A stretch of 64,000 nt of DNA. Origin: Planctomycetota bacterium. GTDB taxonomy: Bacteria; Planctomycetota; UBA8108; SXIK01. Location of the stretch: positions 5,024,001 to 5,088,000 of the forward strand of contig CBDCXR010000004.1 in the NCBI GenBank assembly GCA_965223845.1, in the 5' to 3' direction. Below the pieces are notes generated by a model. It was not told the DNA's origin. It did no database searches and was given only the letters and a program-made list of their open reading frames with translations. Of the stretch, positions 57,272-64,000 are shown in pieces (positions within the stretch are counted from its first letter, which is position 1; each line of letters opens with the position of its first letter). Made by a program: the position numbers and the translations under genes.

Positions 57272-57619
57272 TCAACCACTCCTCTTCACTCCCCTTCCCA
57301 CCGGCGCGAGAAAGCGCCGAGTCCGCCGCGTACTCTATCGCGGACTTCCGCCACGATGCCACCGGCACCGTCCGGCGCGGGCCGACGGGCGCGCGGAGCG
57401 CGATTCGAAACCACGCGCCCCGGCAGCCCGGTCCCCTCTCTCTAATACGCGTTCGAAGCGAACGCCACTCGAAGACCTCTCGCCCTTTGCGCGGGAACGG
57501 CGCCTTCGCCCCCGAGTGACTCGAAGCGAAGAAAACCATCATCCGTTCTGTGAGGCGGCGTAAACCTCGATTCACAGCGCTCCGGCTGGTTCTCCCTCCC
57601 GGTCCGGGCGCTTTCTTCA

Positions 57620-57632
57620 CAACTTATTGATT
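57620..57632 (-). promoter_or_regulatory. IHF binding site
   Basis: AATCAATAAGTTG on the minus strand is an exact match to the WATCAA-N4-TTR consensus. Confidence 0.6.
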
Positions 57633-57664
57633 CGAGGTTGGTTAACGCCACTCCAGCGATCGGA

Positions 57665-57679
57665 TGGCACAGAGTTTGC
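57665..57679 (+). promoter_or_regulatory. Sigma-54 (-24/-12) promoter
   Basis: TGGCAC-AGAGT-TTGC matches the consensus TGGCAC-N5-TTGC, 32 nt downstream of the IHF site. Confidence 0.7.
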
Positions 57680-57898
57680 CAGTCGGTCAGCCGGGGAGAA
57701 CCGTGGAGAGCGGAGCGAGAGCTCCGATTTCGCCTCCTCGGTGTTGCGAAGATTCGGCTCGGAACGGAATCCAGCCGGGCCCTCCACCTTCCGCTTCGCA
57801 GAGTGCCTGCGGCCCGTCGCGTCGAGGCTACCTCGGGCACTCCGCAGGCACCCTGCGGGGCGGATTCGCGTCCACGGCGATTCGGTTCGAGCGCGTAT

Positions 57899-59248
57899 TC
57901 AGCCGCGCGCGGCCCGCCGGCGAGCCGTCCAGGCGCGGAAGAACACGCGCCAGACGAGACCGATCGCGATGAGACTCAGACCGGTCGCACTCGAGCGCCA
58001 GTCGACCCAGACTGCGAGGCTGAGGCAGCCGGCGAGCGCCGCAGTGGAGATCCAGCGCGGATAGAGGCGCTGCTCGTCCGAGAGACGGAGCGCGCAGAAG
58101 TTGTTGATCGCGTAGTACACGAGCACGGTGAACGCGCTCAGCGACCATGTGGTGCGGACGTCGCCGACGAGGACGAGGAGACCGACGAGGACGCCGACGG
58201 TGAGAACCGCGATCGGCGCGGATGTCCGCGCGGCGTTGATCACACCCACCGGCGCCGGCGCATCCCCGCGCCGGGCCATCGCGAGCAGCACGCGCGAGAG
58301 CCCGAGCAGCAGGTTGAGGGAGACACCGAGAAGCGCGCAGGCGGCTCCGGCGGTCACGAAATGACTCAGCCAAGGCCCGGCGAAATCGCGCGCGACCTCG
58401 CCGAGCGGCGCCGCACTCGACGCGGACGTCGAGACGCGCTCGACGCCTACCGCGCCGATGGCGGCGACGACAACGGCGGCGTAGAGAAGGAACGACGCGA
58501 TCACCGTCACCGTGATCGCGCGCGGAATGGTTCGCCCCGGCTCGTGGACCTCCTCTCCCATCGTCGCGATGCGACCGTAGCCCGTGTAGGCGACGAAGAA
58601 GAGCGCAGCGGCACGCAGCGTCGACGCCGCACCCGACGCGGCGCTCTGCTCAGCCGGGAAGAACGGCGTGAGTCGCGTGAAGGTCTCCGCTCCCGACGAC
58701 GCTAGCGCCACGACGACGAACACTCCGAGCGCCGCGAGTGGAACGGCGATGAGGACGGTGTTCGCGCGCGTCGAGCGCCGCACTCCCGACGCGACGAGAA
58801 TCGTGAGAACGAAACCCGCGAGGAACGCGACCGGAACGCGTCCGAACCAGGGAGTCTCCGGCGCGAGCATGCGGGCGTACTCTGCGAATCCCAGGAGCGC
58901 CGTCGCCGCGGATGCGCTCTTCGCGATCAAAAAGAGCCAACCGGCGGTCCAGCCGAGCTCGGGCGACGCGTAGACATAGCCGTATTCGTACGCACCGCCG
59001 CTCACGGGATGGCTCGCGGCGAGCTGGGCGCTCCCGAGTGCGTTCGCGAACGCGAGAAGCCCGGCCAGCGCCAGAGAGAGAATCGCCGCCGTACCGGCGA
59101 GCTCGACGGCGAGGGGAGCGGTGACGAACACACCGCTCCCGAGCATCGCCCCGAGCCCGAGAGAGACCGCGCCCGCGACGCCGAGCTCGCGGCGAAGACG
59201 CGGCGACGCGGACGGAGAGCTCGATGGGGAGGCGGATGGGGAGGTCAT
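57899..59248 (-). CDS. APC family amino acid permease
   Basis: Real start is probably MTSPSAS at 59248; LGAMLGSGVF, HPVSGGAYEY and FFVAYTGYGRIATMGEEV motifs; about 12 TM helices. Confidence 0.92.
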   Translation of the reverse strand: MTSPSASPSSSPSASPRLRRELGVAGAVSLGLGAMLGSGVFVTAPLAVELAGTAAILSLALAGLLAFANALGSAQLAASHPVSGGAYEYGYVYASPELGWTAGWLFLIAKSASAATALLGFAEYARMLAPETPWFGRVPVAFLAGFVLTILVASGVRRSTRANTVLIAVPLAALGVFVVVALASSGAETFTRLTPFFPAEQSAASGAASTLRAAALFFVAYTGYGRIATMGEEVHEPGRTIPRAITVTVIASFLLYAAVVVAAIGAVGVERVSTSASSAAPLGEVARDFAGPWLSHFVTAGAACALLGVSLNLLLGLSRVLLAMARRGDAPAPVGVINAARTSAPIAVLTVGVLVGLLVLVGDVRTTWSLSAFTVLVYYAINNFCALRLSDEQRLYPRWISTAALAGCLSLAVWVDWRSSATGLSLIAIGLVWRVFFRAWTARRRAARG

Positions 59249-59503
59249 GGTGTCCGGGCGAGGGGTCGCTCCATCGACGCGCTGAATCGCGACGGCGAAA
59301 GAACGTCTCATACCACATCTCGACCGCTCCGCGCAGAGAATCACGCGATCCGCCGAGGGGTTCCGAGACCGAGGTTTCCCGCCGCGAAAAGTTCGGGTAG
59401 GCTCGTTCCTCTCCGCCCGCGAGCGTCTCCTTCGACTCTGCGCCACGGAGCGGAATCGCCTCTGTCGAGACCATCCCCACGAAACCCCTCGAGGTATTCT
59501 TTC

Positions 59504-60526
59504 ATGAGACGATGTGCTGCTCTGCTCGCGTCTACCGCGCTTGTCATCTCCACTGCCGGCTTCACCGCTCGCGTGCGTGCCGCCGAGGATTTGTGGGTCG
59601 TCTACGAAGGAAAGAGTGGACTCCCGGGTAGCGGGAAGCACGTCGTTCTCGTCTCCGGCGACGAAGAGTACCGGTCGGAGGAAGCGCTTCCGCAGCTCGG
59701 TAAGATCCTCTCCGTCCACCACGGGTTCAAATGCACCGTAGTTTTCGCCATCGATGAGAAGACCGGCGAGATCAACCCGGACAATCAAAACAACATCCCG
59801 GGGCTCGAGGCGCTCAAGTCGGCGGACCTCATGATCATCGCGACGCGCTTTCGCGATCTGCCGGACGAGCAGATGGCCCACATCGTTGAATACGTGGATT
59901 CCGGGCGCCCGATCATCGGCGTGAGAACGGCGACGCACGCGTTCAACATCAAGTCCGGAAAGAAGTACTCGCGGTACAGCTTCAACAGCCGAGAGTGGAC
60001 GCAAGGCTTCGGGCGTCAGGTCTTGGGCGAGACGTGGATCAACCATCACGGTCACCACGGACGCGAAAGCACGCGAGGAATCATCGCACGCGGAATGGAG
60101 AAGCACCCGATCACGAAGGGCGTGAAGGACATTTGGGGGCCGACGGACGTCTACGGCGTTCGTCTCCCTCTCCCGGAAGGTTGCCAGCCGATCGTCCTCG
60201 GCATGGTGATGGCGGGGATGACTCCCGACGCGCTCCCGGTCGAACGGAGGAAGAACGATCCGATGATGCCGATCGCGTGGACGAAGACGTTTAAGAGCGC
60301 GAGCGGAAAAGAGGCGCGGGTCTTCACGACGACGATGGGCTCGTCGACCGATCTCGAAAGCGCGGGCCTCCGACGCTTGCTCGTCAACGCGGTCTATTGG
60401 GCGACCGGTATGGACGACAAGATCCGCGCGGATTCGAGCGTCGACATCGTCGGGAAGTACGAGCCGTTGCCGTTCAAATTCGGTGGCTACAAACGCGGCG
60501 TGAAGCCAGCGGACCACAAGCTCTAA
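59504..60526 (+). CDS. Secreted ThuA-like domain protein
   Basis: Signal peptide; HVVLVSGDEEYRSEE, GVRTATHAF and RVFTTTMG...LLVNAVYWA motifs. Confidence 0.9.
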   Translation: MRRCAALLASTALVISTAGFTARVRAAEDLWVVYEGKSGLPGSGKHVVLVSGDEEYRSEEALPQLGKILSVHHGFKCTVVFAIDEKTGEINPDNQNNIPGLEALKSADLMIIATRFRDLPDEQMAHIVEYVDSGRPIIGVRTATHAFNIKSGKKYSRYSFNSREWTQGFGRQVLGETWINHHGHHGRESTRGIIARGMEKHPITKGVKDIWGPTDVYGVRLPLPEGCQPIVLGMVMAGMTPDALPVERRKNDPMMPIAWTKTFKSASGKEARVFTTTMGSSTDLESAGLRRLLVNAVYWATGMDDKIRADSSVDIVGKYEPLPFKFGGYKRGVKPADHKL

Positions 60527-60595
60527 GAAGCCCGCGCACGACTCGGTTCGACGACCGAAAACGAGATCTCTCGGTCCGCTCTGAAGGCGCGATTC

Positions 60596-62110
60596 TCAGG
60601 CCATGAGCGTGTCGATCTCGGCCCGCAGATTCTCGTCGGGAAGCCCCCAGCCGGGCTCGTACGCGAAGATTTCCCGGATGCTTCGCGAACCGAACCGGTC
60701 GTCGAGCATTTCGAGGTGGTCGCTCGAGACGAGAGCGGGGTGGCGCGCGCCGCAGGCGACGCTGAGCTGGAGGAGCTCCTTGCGAAGCGTTGCGACGTAG
60801 CTCGCGAGGCGATCCGCCTTGTGGTGCGGGTCGAGGCCCCGGCTGAGCCAGGCGCTTTGCGTCGCGACGCCGGTCGGACAGTGGCCCGTGTGGCAACGCT
60901 GCGCCTGGATGCACCCGATCGCCATCATCGCTTCGCGGCCGACGTAAAGTAGATCGCATCCGAGGGCGAAGGCGAGGATGCCCTGGCTGGGAAAGCCGAG
61001 TTTGCCGGCGCCGACGAAGACGATGTTTCGCTCGAGCTCCCTCTCGGCGAACGCGCGAAAGACTCGAGCGAAGCCGATTTTGAACGGGAGGGCAACGTGA
61101 TCGGAAAAGGCGAGCGGGCCCGCTCCGGTGCCGCCTTCACCGCCGTCGACCGCGATGAAGTCGACTCCCCGCTCGTCTGAGGCCATCGCGTCCGCGAGCT
61201 CGTTCCAAAAAAACCCGTCGCCGACCGCGGACTTGATGCCGATCGGGAGGCCGGACTCCGCCGCGAGGAGCTCGACGTAGTCGAGGAGGCTGTCGACATC
61301 GGAGAAGGCCGAGTGTCGCGGTGGGCTCACGCAGTCCTCGCCGCGACGAATCCCGCGAATCGCAGCGATCTCCGGAGTGATCTTCGCCGCCGGAAGGATG
61401 CCGCCCATGCCCGGCTTCGCGCCTTGGCTGAGCTTGATCTCGATCGCGCGTACGGGAAAGTTCGCGACGGCCTCCTTGAACCGGTCGAGGTCGAACTTGC
61501 CCTCGGGCGTCCGACAGCCGAAGTATCCGGTCCCGATCTGCCAAATCAGCTCACCGCCGTGGTCGTGGTGGGGCGCGATTCCGCCTTCGCCGGTGTTGTG
61601 AAGGCACCCGCAGGTCTTCGCGCCTCGGTTGAGCGCCTCCACGGCGGGCGCACTGAGAGAACCGAAACTCATCGCCGAAAGATTGACGACGCTCCCCGGG
61701 CGAAACGCCCGAGCGCGACCGCGGGCGGCGCCGAGAACCTTGGCGCAGGGCAGCGGGTGCGTGTGGTCCTGGAGCGCTCGCGGCGGCGGGGACGCCGGCA
61801 GTGAGTCATGCTTGATGATCAGGTGATTCGGCGAGCGCTCGAGATCGTTGTCGGTACCGAACCCGAAGTAGTTGTTCTGCCGCTTCGACGAGGCGTAGAC
61901 CCAACGTCGCTGATCACGGTTGAACGGACGTTCCTCGTCGTTTCCGGTGACGATGTACTGCCGAAGCTCCGGCCCGATCGCTTCGAGCAGGTAGCGAAAA
62001 TGGCCGACCACTGGAAAGTTGTGGAGGATCGCGTGCTTCCGCTGAACGAGATCGAACACCGCGACGATGGCGATGAGGACGAGCACCGCGATGAGAACCC
62101 ACCACCACAT
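60596..62110 (-). CDS. FMN-binding glutamate synthase family protein (stand-alone, N-terminal TM)
   Basis: ATG 62110 after AGGAG; SAMSFGSLS, NTGEGG, EIKLSQGAKPG, DGGEGGTGA and GCIQAQRCHTGHCPTG (3Fe-4S) motifs. Confidence 0.93.
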   Translation of the reverse strand: MWWWVLIAVLVLIAIVAVFDLVQRKHAILHNFPVVGHFRYLLEAIGPELRQYIVTGNDEERPFNRDQRRWVYASSKRQNNYFGFGTDNDLERSPNHLIIKHDSLPASPPPRALQDHTHPLPCAKVLGAARGRARAFRPGSVVNLSAMSFGSLSAPAVEALNRGAKTCGCLHNTGEGGIAPHHDHGGELIWQIGTGYFGCRTPEGKFDLDRFKEAVANFPVRAIEIKLSQGAKPGMGGILPAAKITPEIAAIRGIRRGEDCVSPPRHSAFSDVDSLLDYVELLAAESGLPIGIKSAVGDGFFWNELADAMASDERGVDFIAVDGGEGGTGAGPLAFSDHVALPFKIGFARVFRAFAERELERNIVFVGAGKLGFPSQGILAFALGCDLLYVGREAMMAIGCIQAQRCHTGHCPTGVATQSAWLSRGLDPHHKADRLASYVATLRKELLQLSVACGARHPALVSSDHLEMLDDRFGSRSIREIFAYEPGWGLPDENLRAEIDTLMA

Positions 62111-62199
62111 GGTGTCTCCTTCTGCTCTCCGCTCCCGCGCGAAACTCGGTCCGGGGTCGATCCGACCGAACGCCGGATCGACCCCGGACCGACTAGACG

Positions 62200-62844
62200 C
62201 TAGGGCAATCGCCGGACCCGGAGGCTCTTGTACTGTACGACGCTCTCCGGATCGTGCGCCTGCAGGGCGAAAGTGCCCTTGTCGACGACGCGGGTGAAAT
62301 CCTCCCCGGCGACGGCATCCTCCGGCTCGGTGTAGTCGACGATCGACTCTCCGTCCACCGTCACCGTGATGTGCTTTCCTTCGACGCGCACCACCATGGT
62401 GAACCACTCATCGTCGTTCGCGGGTGCCTCGAGGATCTTGGCGACGCCGTAGAGGCTTCCCGTCTTCTGAGGATCCTTGTAGGTCTGGTTCACCTGCGCC
62501 TCGAAGCCGTACTTCGGCCAGCCGCTGTCCTGATACTGCGTGTGAAAATACACTCCCGAGTTGCTGTTCGGTTTCGTCATCGCGACGACTTCGAGCTCGA
62601 AGTTGACGAACGGCTCTTCGTCCCCGACGTAGAAGAGATGGCTCCGCGGACCCTTCGCGGTCAAAAGGCCGTCCTCGACCGACCAGGAGTCGACGTTTTC
62701 GTTCGCTTTCCAGCCGTCGAGCGTCTGGCCGTCGAAGAGAGAGACCCAGCCGGCGTCTCCGCCGAGCCACGTGGGGAGAGACTCGCACGACACGCAGAAG
62801 ACGACCGCGGCGAGCAGGGGAGCGATACTTCTCATGGCTTTCAT
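62200..62844 (-). CDS. DUF1080 (3-keto-disaccharide hydrolase) lipoprotein
   Basis: WVSLFDGQTLDGW, NSGVYFH, GFEAQV, KTGSLYG and GTFALQAHD motifs; lipobox-like CVSC. Confidence 0.92.
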   Translation of the reverse strand: MKAMRSIAPLLAAVVFCVSCESLPTWLGGDAGWVSLFDGQTLDGWKANENVDSWSVEDGLLTAKGPRSHLFYVGDEEPFVNFELEVVAMTKPNSNSGVYFHTQYQDSGWPKYGFEAQVNQTYKDPQKTGSLYGVAKILEAPANDDEWFTMVVRVEGKHITVTVDGESIVDYTEPEDAVAGEDFTRVVDKGTFALQAHDPESVVQYKSLRVRRLP

Positions 62845-62968
62845 CCTATCGAGGGTTCGATGCGGCCGGCCGAACCGACCACCGCACAGGCGTACTCCCG
62901 CGACGTCGCGCCAACGGGTCAACGATTAGACCCGGACCGCCATCGAGAGTCCACTTCGCGGCGGGAGA

Positions 62969-64000
62969 CTACGCGTCGTCGCCGACGTCGAACACCCGCT
63001 CGAAATAGTCCTCGCCGTTTCGATCTCGGCTCGCGCGCGCGCGATCTAGTTCCGCGTCGCCCACGGCCGCGAGTCGGCGGGCGAGTCGCTTCTTGTACTC
63101 GAGTCCCATCTGTCGGGCGATCTGGATCCGCTGCGCTTGGGGCGACCCCGCGCCGTGAAGCGACTCGGTGAGATACCCGACCGCGTTTCTCCCGAGCGTC
63201 ATGTTCTCGATGAGACGAAGGATCCGCCATCGATCCTCGACGCTGACTCCCTCGCGGGTCCTCAGGTACTTCCGCAAGAGATCGCCGATCGCCGCCGACT
63301 CGAGATCCTTTCCCGACGGAAGCGTGGCGACGAGCCCGCCCGCCAGATCTTGAGCGAGCCGCGCGAGCTCGTAGGGGAACCGCGTCACGTGGTGTTTGCA
63401 CACGTTCGCGAGGAGATCGTCGTTGAGGTAGCAGCCGGACTTCGTCGCCCGGGCCTGATGCGAGGACGCTAGTCCGGTCGCGTACACGGTTTCGTTGAGA
63501 TGGGTCATCTCGACGAGCTTGTCGCGAACGTGCGATGCGCTCTCCGCGCCGTTGTATTCCGCGATCGACGCAGCCGCCCCGATCAGGACGTCACCGACAC
63601 CGCTCTTACACACGTAGCTTCGACGGTGATAACACGTGAATCGCTCGACGAGCATCGCCGCGAACTCGTGCTCGCCGTCCATGAAGACGCGTTCGCTCGG
63701 AATGAAGACATCGTCGAAAACGACGAGTGCCTCCTGCCCCGCATACTGCGCGTTTCCGGTGTCGAGATCGCTCCCCTCCATGCTGCGCGAATCACAGGAT
63801 TGCCGGCCGTAGATGTACGTGACGCCCTTCGCCTCGACGGGAAGCGCGGCGACAACCGCGTAGTCGCGGTCCGCCTCCGATAGGCGCGCGGTCGGCATCA
63901 CCACCAACCAATGCGAGTTGATGCAACCCGTTTGATGGGCCTTTGCGCCGCGAATCACGATGCCGTCGTCGTTCCGGTCGACGATGCGGAGATAGAGATC
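62969..64000 (-). CDS. abfD: 4-hydroxybutyryl-CoA dehydratase (5' end outside the window)
   Basis: GAKAHQTG, YGRQSCDSR, GQEALVVFDDVFIP, YHRRSYVCKSGVGDVLIGAA (Fe-S ligands His/Cys) and TESLHGAGSPQAQ closely follow AbfD. Confidence 0.85.
   Translation of the reverse strand, partial: DLYLRIVDRNDDGIVIRGAKAHQTGCINSHWLVVMPTARLSEADRDYAVVAALPVEAKGVTYIYGRQSCDSRSMEGSDLDTGNAQYAGQEALVVFDDVFIPSERVFMDGEHEFAAMLVERFTCYHRRSYVCKSGVGDVLIGAAASIAEYNGAESASHVRDKLVEMTHLNETVYATGLASSHQARATKSGCYLNDDLLANVCKHHVTRFPYELARLAQDLAGGLVATLPSGKDLESAAIGDLLRKYLRTREGVSVEDRWRILRLIENMTLGRNAVGYLTESLHGAGSPQAQRIQIARQMGLEYKKRLARRLAAVGDAELDRARASRDRNGEDYFERVFDVGDDA

Noticed and set aside
59249-60517. N-terminal half of the 872-aa ORF as a permease fusion
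   Set aside because: It is the antisense of the ThuA gene; the permease begins near 59248.

Overview
GC-rich bacterial chromosomal window, most likely from a Planctomycetota (PVC) genome. This is inferred from an ECF sigma factor fused to a membrane anchor and carboxypeptidase-regulatory-like repeats, Cys-rich dockerin-like tails, DUF1080 and ThuA proteins, and an ffh-rpsP-trmD-rplS cluster without rimM. It holds about 45 CDS. Housekeeping genes: ffh, rpsP, trmD, rplS, yraN, rnc, mfd, surA-like, crcB. Others: an ExbB-ExbD-TonB-receptor iron-type uptake operon, a hexulose-6-phosphate synthase/dehydrogenase/TIM-barrel sugar cluster, an AAA+/vWA pair, secreted dockerin and PEP-CTERM proteins, and a partial abfD. 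No transposase, integrase, tRNA, rRNA or CRISPR array was seen. The best leads are: (1) an AhpD-like selenoprotein (CRYU) that the ORF track splits in two, with a SECIS-like hairpin; (2) an orphan IHF + sigma-54 promoter pointing into a gene-free, highly structured ~200-nt stretch (candidate sRNA); (3) a 1421-aa protein with a voltage-sensor (S1-S4) domain and no recognisable pore; (4) a topoisomerase III-RecQ-HRDC fusion; (5) a 136-bp palindrome-rich tandem array; (6) a secreted hydrazine-synthase-alpha-like CxxCH protein with a dockerin-like tail; (7) a probable 6S RNA. All calls were made by eye from motifs; no database searches were run.
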